Below are positions 1 through 13,800 of a stretch of 64,000 nt of DNA, in pieces. Source of the stretch: Octopus sinensis (lineage: Eukaryota). The stretch lies in the NCBI RefSeq assembly GCF_006345805.1, contig NC_042999.1, forward strand, positions 67,580,001 to 67,644,000, read 5' to 3'. Within the stretch, counting starts at the first letter, position 1; each line of letters begins with the position of its first letter. The position numbers were made by a program, and so were the translations under genes. Below the pieces are notes generated by a model. The model did no database searches. It had not been told where the DNA came from and saw only the letters and a program-made list of their open reading frames with translations.

Positions 1-19
1 CAGTATATATATACACCCC

Positions 20-338
20 CCGTGCCGGTGGCAAGCCTCGCCTGGCCCCTGTGCCGGTGGCAGTCCGTTGCCAGCCTCGCCTGGCCCCCGTGCCGGTGGC
101 ACATAAAAAGCACCATCCGTTCGTGGCCGTTTGCCAGCTCTGTCTGGCACCAGTGCGGGTGGCACGTAAAAAGCACCCACTACACTCACGGAGTGGTTGG
201 CGTTAGGAAGGGCATCCAGCCGTAGAAACACTGCCAGATTTGACTGGGCCTGATGAAGCCTTCTGGCTTCACAGACCCCAGTAGAACCGTCCAACCCATG
301 CTAGCATGGAAAATGGACGCTAAACGACGATGATGATG
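20..338 (+). mobile_element. RTE LINE family A, 3'UTR-only copy
   Basis: GTGCCGGTGGCAC subrepeats, conserved terminal block (ggaagggcatccagc...ccaacccatgctagcatggaaa) and (GAT)n tail. Confidence 0.8.
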
Positions 339-3245
339 TATGTATGTATGTAAGATTCAAGGATCAAAGTGTAGGAAGAAAGTTAGCTTCAAGCAATCTG
401 TAGTAAATATTAAAAATATACAACTTCAGGAACAATAGTGATTTATTGAGACGGAAGATTGTGGATTTTTTTGTATCGAAGATAAGCTAAAAAACATTTT
501 TGGTATTTCACAGTAGGCGTCCAGGGCTGCCGGGGTATGTGAATAAGAATACAAGAGTTGAGGAGTAGATAAGATCAGGGCTACATATGTTTCATAGTAA
601 GCAGAACCTTGGAAGTGGTAAATATCCAAGCGAGGTGTATACCACAGACTACTCGTCGGGCCAAGGGTATCTTAAATAAAGTTTACATTGTCGCAAGGAC
701 GTACATGTTAACACACACACACACGTTATATCAAACCAATAAACTACTAGAATTTATGTAAATCTAGTTTATTGAGTGTTACTCTGTTATGCCAAATTGC
801 TCCCAGTGTTTAGTACTGGTGCTGTTGATGATGATGGTTGTGATAATGGCAATGCTCCAAGCAGCTGGTATACTGTGTCACAATTATTGTATCTAGGCTG
901 TAGAAACTAATGTGTGTGAAAGTGTGTTATCTCTGGTTCAAAAAGTCAGAGGTTATTGTAATTATTTTGAAAAATTATATTCTATCTATTGTATTTATCA
1001 GCTGTGAAACTGAAGTTGGTGTGTGTGTCTGTGTGTGTTTATTTGGGTAGATATGTTTGTAAGTACAAAAAAAAAAAAAAAGCTGATGTAAAATTATGTC
1101 ATAGTGGTTTGGATGTCAGACCCCTAATTGTTAATAATAACTTATTTAAACACAAATAAAACAGAGAGCAAAATGATGTAGCAAAGACTTTTATGGATCT
1201 AAATATTAATTATTGATTAATAAAAACCAAAGCTGAAGGCTGTAAGAAGAGAAAGTGTTGTTTGAACATGAAGTGGATTGTATTCTCGTTTGTGAGAGCA
1301 TTTGAGTTTATTTCAGATATTCTTATTTTAAACATTGTTAGGCTGTGGGCTTCAATCTTGGACAGGGCCACAGGCTGTGTCCTTGAGCAAGACACTTTAT
1401 TTTTATGTTGCCTCAGTCCCCTCAGCTGAAAATGGCTATCAATAAAAGTCGGTGATGGTGATGGTGTTGGCTTAACCTTGTAATGGTGGTTGATATCGTA
1501 TTAACCTCAACATTGGCTGGGGTATTTTGTCCTCTTGTATTTAAACACCATGGAATGGTAGGCATTAATTAATTTATTTATAATGATGATGTTGATGACA
1601 GCAATGAGGATGTTTGTAAGCAAATGGCATGCAATAGTGGGTCAAACAGAATTATAGAGTTTGTGAATTGATGAACAAAATGAAATATTTTATGTTCCTT
1701 TACAATCTTAGTTCAAATCAAATCTCCCCAAGGCTGATTAAATATGAACCAATCAAGTACCAAAGGTAGAAACCATTATGTTATTAATAGAGTAGATGGC
1801 ACAATTCCAGGATCAATAGTGTGTGTGTGTGTGTTCTGCCCTTTGTTTAGTACACAGATTTTTTTAAGTGTTTTTAAGTCTGAGCTTGGTTGAATTTTCT
1901 TATCTCTGAGTTTTATCTAACATGATATTACAGATTTTTACTACATTTTCTTCCCTTCTAGTTAGCCTTGGCACATTTTCCCTAAATTAAATGTCATACT
2001 TAATTTCACCAATGAATCTGTGCACCATATGTAACATCAAGTTCAGTTGTTTATTGTTTATTTCTAGCATGCAGCTTGAGGTCATCCAAACTTAGAAGAT
2101 GACAGTGTCATCCCATAACATGTTGTTGGATCTGTTTTAGCAATATTGGTTAAAAGTGCTTCATTTTCTTAGTTTCCCCTTTAAATCTGTAACATTGTCT
2201 TGTTTTACTCAAGGTGCAGATGTGGTTGTGTGCTTGAAGAAGCATCTTCTATTTTAGCTACAGGTCGACCAAAGCTTTGTGAGTGGATTGAAAATGAAAG
2301 AAGCCCATTTTGTGTGTGTGTGTGTGTGTGACAAAGCTCATTTTGCGTGTGTACCCTTTTCTTGATATCATGAGATGGCTGTAAAAGAACATCACCATCA
2401 TACGAATGAGGTTGTCTGGTCATGGGTAAATATTGCCTTACTTGGACACTGGTGAGGGTTGGTGACAAGAAGGGCATTAAAAAAAATCTGCCTCGACAAA
2501 ATTCGCTTCTGACCCATGCAAGCATGGAAAAGTGGACGTTAAATTATGAGGATAACACATTTGATGTAACTGCTTGCTATTGATGTTTATTCATGGCCAA
2601 TGTTTCTAGTATCCCTGGTTGTGGTGAGAGAACACTCAAAGATTTTCCATTAATCAATCCACTTCATGTTCAAGCTACTCTTTCTCTTCTTACAGCCTTC
2701 AGCTTTGGTTTTTATTAATCAATAATTAATATTTAGATCCATAAAAGTCTTTGCTACATCATTTTACTCTCTGTTTTATTTGTGTCTAAATAAGTTATTA
2801 TTAACATAAGTGGGTTACATGGATTAAGAGAGTTCTTGTTTAACTCCAAGTTGATTTTGCTCTAGCAGCCTTTATATCAAAGATATTCTAGCCATGTCTG
2901 GTCCCTGTGTACCTGACATCATCTATCCATGTCTACATTATTTAATGCTCCCTTCCTATTTTAGGATGGTTAGGTGTGATTTGAGTTAGATTTTCTAGTG
3001 AATCAAGGTATCTATAGCTTATGATTATGTTTTTGTTTTGTATTCTTTGTCTAAGTCAGTCACTGAATAACAAATACACATTCTTCTCGACTTAGGACCA
3101 AGTTCCATTCCGACCGACAGGTTGTAAGTCAATCTGGTCATATGTTGGATTCGTATTTTTCAACATTATTCTTATTCAAACGCAAATGATGCCTGAAAGT
3201 GACTGAGCGAGAAACATTGGCAGGTAGTGGATGTGCAGCTGCCCC

Positions 3246-3793
3246 ATCATCATCATCGTTTAACGTCCATTTTCCATGCTGGCATGGGTTGGACGATTTG
3301 ACTGAAGTCTGGCGAACCAGATGGCTGCACCTGCCTCCAGTCTGACCTAGCAGAGTTTCTACAGATGGATGCCCTTCCTAACGCTAACCACTCCGAGAGT
3401 GTAGTGGGTGCTTTTATGTGCCATCGGCATGAGGGCCAGTCAGACGGTACTGGCAATGGCCACGCTCAAAATGGTGCTTTTTACGTGCCACCAGCACGGA
3501 GGCCAGTCGAGGCGGCGCTGGCAACGGCCACGTTCGGATGGTTCTTTTAAGTGCCACCAGCACTGGTATCACAACTACAATTTCCATTGATTTTTGATCG
3601 ATTTTGATTTCACTTGCCTCAACAGGTCTTCACAAGCACAGTTTTGTGTCCCAAGAAGGAAAGGTATGCATAAGTGGACTGGCTACATCCAAGGTAAAGG
3701 CCACGGGTTATAGTCTCACTTGTCCTGCCGGGTCTTCTCACGCACAGCATATTTCCAAAGGTCTTGGTCACTAGTCATTGCCTCAGTGAGACC
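3246..3793 (-). mobile_element. RTE LINE family A, 5'-truncated copy with ORF C-terminus
   Basis: Minus strand reads LTEAMTSDQDLWKYAVREKTRQDK*, then the 3'UTR with palindromic subrepeats and a (GAT)n tail. Confidence 0.8.
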
Positions 3794-4640
3794 TAAAGTT
3801 CGATAATGTTATTTATTGTTAACTAAATACAAGCTCTGTTAAGCTCTGTTGTATAAGGATATATCTGTATTTTGCTCATTTGTATAACATCTGTTTTTCC
3901 ATGTCAGTATGAGTTGGGTGCGAATTGATTTTGAGGCAGGATTTGCTAGTGGTGGTATTGGTGGTGGTAGGTGGAGACTTAATACTCAATATTGTTAAGT
4001 TCATATTGGCCAGGATTTTAAGTTTGATGCTTTGTGTTTTCTGTGACAACACCTTACCTGTTTTTCAAGTTAATGACAAGAATCCTTTCTACTATTGGCA
4101 CAAGGCTTGAAATTTTTGTGGGCGAGGGCACTGACTCCTCCCTCCCCTCCTCCAGTGCTCAATTAGTATTTATTTTATCAACTCAGCACTGCTTCTGCTG
4201 TCCCTGCTGCGGCTGCTGCTGCCACATCACCAGCGACCACCACTGCAGCGGCTAAAGTATGAAAGGCAAATATAATATTTTGAATTGAGGTTATTATTTG
4301 AAAACTAGTTTTATGAGTAACAACAGAACATTTACTGGTGGTGGTGGTGGTGGTGGTGGTGGTGGGAGATTTAAAATACAGTATTGTTAAGTTCGTATTA
4401 ACTCAGATTTAAGTTTCACCTGACTGCTTGTTCAACAAGGGCATACATACACACACATGGATACAGAGACATAGACATGGACACACACACAGATACGACA
4501 CCCACACACACATGGATACACATATACACAGACACACACATGGACAAACACACATACACACACACATTTCCCATAGCTATATTGAGAAAATATATTTCTT
4601 CCATCTCTCTCTTTATACCTTATATTTCTGTATTTTCTAG

Positions 4641-4724
4641 GTGTATGTTATCGAGGTAACAATTGGCCCCTACACATGGTGTGTCAGGCATCGATATAGT
4701 GATTTCCATGATCTGCATGACAAG
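4641..4724 (+). CDS. NISCH: NISCH exon, PX domain start (84 nt, phase 0-0)
   Basis: ttttctag|GTG ... GACAAG|gtaatt; [28 protein letters not shown]. Confidence 0.93.
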
Positions 4725-4771
4725 GTAATTCATTTCTTTACTCTGTTTAAATTTTTCTGTTAATAATGATT

Positions 4772-4821
<50 letters not shown>

Positions 4822-7800
4822 AGTGGCCTTGTGGTTAGGGTGTTGCACTCACGATTGCAAGATTGTGTTGTTTCAATTCCCAGACCAGGCAGTGCATTGG
4901 GTCCTTCAATGAAACGTTTTATTTCACTTTGACATCTGACATGTGGTACACTGTGCACCTGTACAGGCCATGTCAATTTGATGGAGGCAGGTGAGCTAAT
5001 GTACAGGACAAACCTTTGATCACTATAAATGAATCATCTGAGCAGGTTGTCCACCAAGAAATTGCCAAACGCTTGTCTGTTGTTTACAACAAGAGAGTCC
5101 ATCATATAATATTTCCATCATCATCTAACGTCCGCTTTCCATGCGGGCATGGGTTGGATGGTTTAACAAAAGCTGGCTGGTCAGGAGACTGCACCAAGCT
5201 TCAGTGTCTGTTTCAGCATGGTTTTTACAGCTGGATGCCCTTCCTAACTCCAACCACACCACAGAGTGGTTATAAAATGTAATATTAGGAAGACTGTTAT
5301 TACATTATATCTTCTTTCTTGTATCAAGATATTTATTATCATATGAGATATTTTAACTGTTAATGAATTTTGGTTGTTATGGTAAATACAATTCAGCAAC
5401 ATAATATGATATATTAACCATTTCATTTTTCTTGTCGGTTAACCTAGTGATTCTATTAATATTGGTTTCAAAAATATATACCGTATTTCAACGTGTATAA
5501 GGAATCCCCTAATTTTGGGGGCTTAAAATTTGGCAAAAAGGTTTTGTAAGGGATGTAGTACTATCCATGTATAAGAAACTCCTATATTTTTTTTCACCTA
5601 AATTTCGACAAAAAAGTCTTTTTTATACATGTTAAAATACAGTATATTTATCAAACCACAAAAGAAACGTCACACACATGCTAAATAAAAACCAGTTTAT
5701 TAACAGACTGCGATAGCATTGATTGAAGAGTGATAATTAAGAAACCGTTCTTTCCTAATGATAAAACATCATTTCTTGAAACCTGTTTGACGTCGTATGG
5801 TGTCATGTGATGATGGAGAGTCCTGGATCCAAAGATATGAGCTCAATATTTTGTGTGACCACCGTTAGTGTTGGTTACCACCAGGTATCTTCTGTACATT
5901 GAATGCACCAAACGATTAATGAAGGCCATGAGGATAACAGCCCACACTGTTAAAATTTGGAGTGTGTTGTGCTGCAGTTGTTGGCCTTGGACTGATGGCA
6001 TTTAGCCTTCTTTGGATTTTGTCCCACAGGTACTCTGTTGGGTTCAAGTAGGGACTTAGGGCAGGCCATGGCAGTGTCCGGATGTTGTGCTGTTGGAGAA
6101 AGCCTGTTGTGAACCTGGCAGTATGGGCATGGGCATTGTCCTGTTAGAACATGTGATTCTGATGATGGATAAAGTATGGCACAATGTGAAGCCTCAACAC
6201 TTGGTCGATGTAGTGAGCAGTAGTTATACTCCATTGCTCTGGCCTTGGCTGATGTAGTGAGCAGCAGCTACTCCATTGCTCCGGCCTTGACCGATATTTT
6301 GGAAGCCCACCAGTCCAAGTTTCTGGTTGAGTGCAAACATGCCCCATACTATGATGCTCTCCCCATGAGTCTCTATGCACCATACAGCCAGCGGCATGAT
6401 GTCCACCCCTTCTCCAAACGTTGGCTCTTCCATCTGCTACAGAAATGCAATATCGACTTTCATCAGAGAAGACTACAGTCCTCCACTGCTGATATCAACA
6501 GTTCTGACATTTTTGAGCCCACTGCAGACATGCCTGTTGATGATGATCTGTGAGGATGGGGCTCCTAGCTGGATGTCGACAGGACAGATTGAAAGATCTC
6601 TGCCAGCGGCGACCTCTCCCTGCACAGATGTGTCTGTGGTAAGTCCCTATGGTCTGTGGTGAGTTCCTATGGTCTGCCTAGCTGATTCCATTGCCCTCTG
6701 GAATTGGTCCTGCAAGTACTGTGGGTGGCAATCATGACGTGCCATTGTAACCCTCAGTCAGCTATTGCGTGGACTATCATCTGTACTGTTTGTAACTTTG
6801 TATCGTTCCCTCAGGTAGTCATTTGTCCAAATACTGCAGTACAAGTCATTAGCAATGACCCATGGACATTGACCAGCAATGGAGATGTCTGATGGCTTGC
6901 TCCCTCTAATTTTGTGTCAGTCTTGGCATGCTTGCTGTGTTCAGAAAATGAATGACAGGCTGGTAAATTTGGGTGCCTTTTGTACCCAACGAGTCAATGT
7001 TTTGCATGTGCATCATGCTTTCCATATGGATGTGTTTGCAAGCATTACCATGTTCATGAAAAGTGAGTGAGTTTGACCCCTAAATGCAATTTTTGCATTT
7101 TCAAAAGAGTGGTGTTGTGGGTCAGTGACATCTTCCTGATGTCAAATTATCTAGAAATGTGATAAAATCCATATAATCTCAATTTTGTGAATGAAACAAA
7201 TAATCTTTTACAGTGCAATGTTTCTTTTGTAGTTCAGTCCCCTACCCATCTCTCCTCCTTCCATGTGACCGATGTCCGGCCAGCCATGATCTTTCTTTCT
7301 TGGCCTGACTGCTGACCGTCAACACCTCCTGTGTCTACCTCCCATGTTCCTGCCTTTAGGCTTTCACTTCATACACCCCAGCTCAATTTGATCCGATCTC
7401 AGTCGAAAGACACCTATTGTTATTTCTTGTTGCTTGTATTCATAATTGTGTACCATGTTCTCTGTTTTTTTTTGTTTGCTGTTTTGTCTTTGTTGCCGTA
7501 CACATTCGCTAGCTTTCTTACAAAGGAGTCTAATGCTCTTAGCTTAGACTTTGGGGGGGTGGGCAACCAGATCAAACCATCTCAAGTGTAACTGCCTGAA
7601 ATGGTCATGACTTTTGGAACTTGACTGCAGAAAGAAAGCCAAAAATGACCTGTCTTTTTTTTGCCTGTCTTTCTAATTGTTGTTTCTCTTGTCTGCCTTT
7701 GTATCATCTATCTGTCCGGACATTTTAATGTCCTCTATTGCGTTTTTGTTTCATTTTTATATTTGTGTATATATATATATATTTATATGTATATTTTCTT

Positions 7801-10800
7801 TTCTTTTCCTTCTTGTGTTTTCTTTACAGTGGACATTAACTTAGATTGGTTTTGGCCATTATCGGCCCAGGCCATGACTAACTCAATAGCACCACCTGAA
7901 AAAATCTTTTAGTTTATTATTTTGGGACACCATGGACTTCTCAAGCAGAGAGTTGTTGTTGGTTGAGACCAACAATGCTTAGTACCATTTCATCTGTCTT
8001 GATGTTCTGAGTTCAAATTCTGCAATGGTCAACTTTACCTTTCATTCTTTTAGGATTTATAAAATAAAGTACCAGTTGAGTACTGGGTCAACGTCAGTGA
8101 CTGGCCCTGCTCCTCCAAAATTTCAAGCTTTGTGCCTATAGTGGAAGGTTTATTTGTTACACCTCTTTACATTCTGATTTCAAATTCAGCCAACATCGTT
8201 TTGCCTTTCCTTCTTGGGGAGTCAGTAAAATAAAGTAACAGACAAGAATGTACCACCAGTCAGCACCCTTATACATGCTTATGTTCAATATTATTTTACA
8301 TGAGCGCATGTAAATATCATCTACATGTGCTTATGTAATTATGGAACAAAGTCAAAGATATAACTGTAACATATTTGTGTGTTACACTTTAAATGAGCTA
8401 GCTTAACTTAGGAACAAGTCAAAAATCTAATAAAAAATATTTTAACATCTGCTGGGTGGTTGGTACTAGGAAGGGCATCCAGCTGTAAAAATCCTGCCAA
8501 AACAGTCGCAGGCTTCTACCTGGCTTACTCCTGTCAAACCATCCTGTCTATACCAGCATGGAAGGCGAATGTTAAACGATAACGATGATATAGCGGGGTT
8601 ATGAAAACTTATAAATTTATACATCAAAATAGAAGAAAATTTACAAAATGTGAAATTTCCTTGAGTTTCACTAGTTGTTACAATTGTCTTAATTCATATT
8701 TTAGATAATCATTCTACATACTTCATATCACTAACAATGTTGCTGTATTATTGTCTCTTCCTTCTTTCTTTCCTTTCTACTACTACTACCACCACCACTA
8801 GTAACAGTACAATGAAGAAACCTCTACATGGTTGCTCAACTTGCATGAAATAGCGACCAGATGTTCCTCAAATGACACCCTCCCTTGATAATTACAATGG
8901 TTGCTTCAAATTACACCCTTCTGTCTTTGATACACTATAATACAATTGCAAAATACATAATGCCTGAGAAGAGAACAGGATGTTGATGGTCAGAGTATTT
9001 TTGATTATAGGTCTGTTGGACTAGAGCACAATAACCACAGTGGACATTGATACTAGTCTAAAAGAACTGTGTGTATGTTGCCAGCTGTTTAAACGAAATT
9101 CTAATGTAATTGTTTCCATTTCAGCTTGTATCCACTTTCAAGATTGATAAAAGTCTACTTCCACCAAAGAAATTGTTTGGTAACCAATCTGAAACATTCA
9201 TTAAGAAACGACAAAATGACTTGGAAGTTTATTTGCAGACAATTCTGTTTTACTTGGCACAGAAAATACCTCCGGTCTTGGCATACTTTCTTGACTTCAA
9301 CAAATATGTAAGTGAAATATGTGCAACCGACATGCTTGCATGCATACACAAACAAACATGTACAAGTAACACATACATACTGGTGTATGGGTTGAACAAT
9401 TTCGTTGGGGTCTGCTTCTGTTTTACTTGCTGCCTTTTCTAGATGGGTCAGGGGCCATGCTTCACTCGTATTTCATTTTTTTGACATGGCTTCTGCAAAC
9501 GAATGCCAGAGTGATGACTGAAGATAACAGAATGAGAGTGTGATGAATAAAATCTTGTGAATTGAGGAGAGATTATGATAGAAACAGGAGTAATGGAAGA
9601 GAGTAAGTGATGGCAGCTATATGTTTACCACTAAGAGAAAGAGAAAGAAAGGGAGAGCTAGTAATGACTGGCAGTATAGAAGGGTAAATTGGTGGAATGT
9701 GTCAGATCTATATAGCTGAGAAGGGAATGTTTTAAACATGCCTTTACCACAAAATCACTGGTATTTTATAATAATAATAATAATAATAATGAAATTATTG
9801 TATACAGTGCTCAGGTGCACCACAACTTGTCAAAAGTGCGTATAAAGTATATACAGTAATGTACAAATGCCTGGAAAGTGAATAGTGTATAAGTCAGATA
9901 CATGCTTGCATGTGTATGGAGGGGAGGAAATCAGGTGTAGTGTTGGCGAATCTCAGGAAGCATAGAAGTTTTGAAGGATGCAGTGCTCTGACAACTAACA
10001 ACTGATGCCTGCATCACACACTTTCACTCACTCTCTCTCACACACACACATATGGTTCTCTGCTGCTATATTATTGGGCAAGAAATGAACTATTCTACTA
10101 TAATTGTGGTATTCTTTTGGGAAGAAGAAATCTTTAAACTAAAAGGAATTCCTGAAATAGTTTTACTGGTCAATGTCTGTTTCCAAACTTTTCTCCTCAT
10201 CAAGGATGTCTTGTTAAGACATTTTAATCAGTATTCTTTTCAATAACCTTCCAGTGATAATTCTGAGCTTGGTCTGCAATTCAACATAAGATCTTCATGT
10301 TGCCTACTCTGGGCCTGATGTTTTAACCACTGGCCAATTGTTCTTGAAGGCAATAGCATAATTTATTTTTAGCTTGTATATAATCATCTAAAAAAAAAAT
10401 GCAGTTACTGATGTAGACCTGACATGTACCCCCTAAGCAGTCCCCAAACTGAAGGTTCGACCTTTGAACATCCAAAGTTATAAACCAGTCTCTATAAAGC
10501 TATTATAGTAAAGATTCCAGTTACATATACTGTTGCCAATATTTATAAAAACAGACATCACAATAAAACCCATCTCAGAAAAAATATACACTGTATTATT
10601 TGATTGGTTGAATAGAAATAAACTGAGTGCCATAACAATGGGTGTATTTGTTGTTTTGTAGGAGATTCATGGTATAACACAGGCATTAGCAGAAGACTTA
10701 TATAACAGAGGTATGTATATGATTTTGTTGTTACTCTCAGTATGACCCTTTGACATACCGTCACAAGTGCCTCACCCACCTCCAACTTTGTTTCCTCATA

Positions 10801-13800
10801 ACTTTCAGTAAAATGGATAATTTTTTATGAAGACTTCTACTGCGAAAACTATTCAGATGATGTAGATTATGATTAGATCAGAATTTTATGTGAAAAAATA
10901 AAATTAGTTGGGTGCATACACACGCATACTGAAATGTATCATATGTCATCATCATCATCATCATTTAATATCCGTTTTCCATACTGGCATGGGTTAGACA
11001 GTTTGACTGAGGACAGGCAAGCCAGTAGGTTGGATCAGGTTCCAATCTGATCTGGCAAGGTTCCTACAGCTGGATGCCCTTCCTAATGCCAACCACTCTG
11101 AGAGTGTAGTGGGTGCTTTTTATGTGACACCTGCACAAGAGCCAGTTAGGGGCACTGGCATTGGCTGTGTTTGGGATGGTGCTTTTTATGTACCACCAGC
11201 ACAGGAAGCCAGTCATAGAAATATATATATATAGATAGATAGATAGATAGATATACATAAATACATACACACACACAGTCTGCCAGAAAAATGTACACAC
11301 ACTTCAGGAAAGGAAAAAATCTGTATAGATATTCCATTTGTATAATTACCTCTATAAATATAGATACCTCTTTCAATGTTTTATCAATTTGCGATAACAT
11401 TGAATAAAAATATTTATACAGATTTTTTCCTTTCCTGGAGTGTGTATACATTTTCCTTTCCTGGAGTGTGTATACATCAGTCAGTCATCATTGTTCATCA
11501 TCGTTTAACGTCCACCTTCCATGCTGGCATGAGTTGGATGGTTTGACAGGGGCTGGCCAGGCAGAAACCTGCACCAGACTTCTGTGTCTGTTTTGGCAGG
11601 GTTTTTACAGCTGGATGCCCTTCCTAACATCAACAACTCAGCAGAGTGGACTAAGTGCTTTTTATGTGGCACAGGCGAGGTCAATTTTGGCAAGGTTTTT
11701 ACTGATGGATGCCCTTCCTAACACCAACCACCCAGCTTTTTATGTGGCACAAGTGCAGGTGAGGGCATCCAGCTGTAGAAACACTGCCAGATCAGATTGG
11801 AGCCTGGTGCAGCTATCTGGTTCGCCAGCCCACAGTCAAATCGTCCAACCCATGCTAACATGGAAAGCGGACGTTAAACAATGATGATGATGTTTAACTT
11901 CTGCTTTCCATGCTGGCATGGGTTGGACGGTTTGACTGGGGTCTGGGAAGCCAGGAGGCTGCACCAGGCCCCAATCTGATCTGGCAGTGTTTCTACAGCT
12001 GGATGCCCTTCCTAACGCCAACCACTCCGAGAGTGTAGCGGGTGCTTTTTGCGTGTCACTGGCACAGGGGCCAGGGAAGCTGGCATTGGCCACAATCGGA
12101 TGGTGCTTTTTACGTGCCATCGGCATGGAAGGCGGCACTGGCATCAGCCACATTTGAATGGTGCTTTTTACGTTTCATTGGCATGGTGGTCACACCTACA
12201 ATTTCTATTTGATTGTAATTTTGTTGTTTTTGTTAGAATGTATAATGCATTGTTATATTACTGGCTTAAGTGCAGTTTCTCTTTCAGGAGAATTAATCCT
12301 TCAAGCAAAAGAACCATTTCAGATGTCTACCCTGCATTTATATGCATTGACAGAGAGGTTAAAGTTACCAGAGCCCACCTGTGGTCAGTATTATTTTTAT
12401 AGAAGTAATTGCCTTCACTAGGCTTTTAAACAATATTTTCTAGGTCATGTGCATTGACAGAAGCCTAAGATATATATATATATATATTGATAGAAATGGT
12501 AAGACAACAAAAGAATGAATGAGACCTCGATATTATGTAATAATAGGCAACACTCTATAGTTGCTATTCAATCTCTTGGTAACTAATAAAAATGATTTAA
12601 TTTATACTATTATTATTATTATTCCAGATAGTGGTGATGTTAAAAAAGATATCGGACACATACTTGACTTCATCACAAGATTAAAACATCTAAAGGTATC
12701 TCTCTCTCTCTCTAATTCACCCTTAGGTTTTGTATTAACATTCTCATACAATACACTGTTTGAAAACAGGACTACAAAACACTATTGTGGGTAGAACAGG
12801 TTTTTATCAATTTGAGTATAAATTGTTGGAACTTCATATTTTTACACCTGGAACTCAGTCAATTTCTAAAACCTAACTAGTTGCACTAATTACTGAGTGG
12901 AAGCAGCACCTAGTTCTCAGTTTCATGCATTCAGCTAAAAATAAGCTGCCTTACATTTAGACACAGTACAATAGTCAATGCAGGTTTTGAACTTATGACC
13001 ATCTGGTCAGTTGTCCAGCTCTATAACTTCAGTCACCCAGCTCATAATTGTATGGCTTTTTTTTTTTTTATGTGTGTGCTTGAAGAATCTTTTCTTAACA
13101 ATATTTCCGAATTATATTGATTTTTGCTCCAGTGTGAGGACAGAGAAGCATTTAACAAGTGACTGTCCTGGCAAAATATTAAATTTCAGTGGGCTTATTA
13201 TTTCTCCAAAACGCCACAGCACATTGTAAAGTACACCACTTCATTTTCTTCTTAGATCAATTGAAGTCACAGTTTAATATCAATTATCTATGAGACCTAA
13301 AGGTTAGGAGTGTTGCTACCTTCTCCAATTAATGTTAACCTTTGTAAATAAAATTATGATGATAAATCTATCTGTTGAGGTAATTTGATTATCTCATCAG
13401 GAATTTGTTTGATTAATTAGCTGTTTCAATAAATCCTTTGATAATTTCTTATCTAAAAACACTGGAATTGACCTTAATATCATTGAGTTCATTATCTAGA
13501 GTTTCATGATCAGTATTTTCAATCATGGAACAATGCCTTTTCTTTCTTTTTCTTTCAAGGCATTTTTTTTCTTTAATTATTAGAAATTTGTTTTAGTTGC
13601 AAATTAATGTATTGTTAGATCTTGTTTCATAAAATTTTATTTTGCAGTCCATATGAACGAGTAATAAAATATGTATATTTCTTCATATCTTTTATCTTGC
13701 TGCATTAGATCTGTGGTAGCCGTGATCCAGTTGGCAGCAGTAATATTGATATGAATGAGTTGCGTTTTGATCTGACCCTATTCAAATCTTTACAAACTTT

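Noticed and set aside
20-170. CRISPR-like palindromic repeats with variable linkers (also 25340-25640, 39430-39720, 61430-61640, 63030-63300)
   Set aside because: Linkers are homologous to each other rather than unique spacers, the arrays sit in a dispersed LINE 3'UTR, the context is eukaryotic and there are no cas genes.
361-720. Possible NISCH start exon, or the minus-strand ORF 426-629
   Set aside because: No ATG-initiated frame reaches a phase-0 donor (the gtatgt at 535 has an in-frame TAG upstream), and there is no recognisable similarity. The start exon is probably outside the window.
11425-11476. 26-bp tandem duplication (ttttcctttcctggagtgtgtataca x2)
   Set aside because: Ordinary local slippage duplication with no functional hint.
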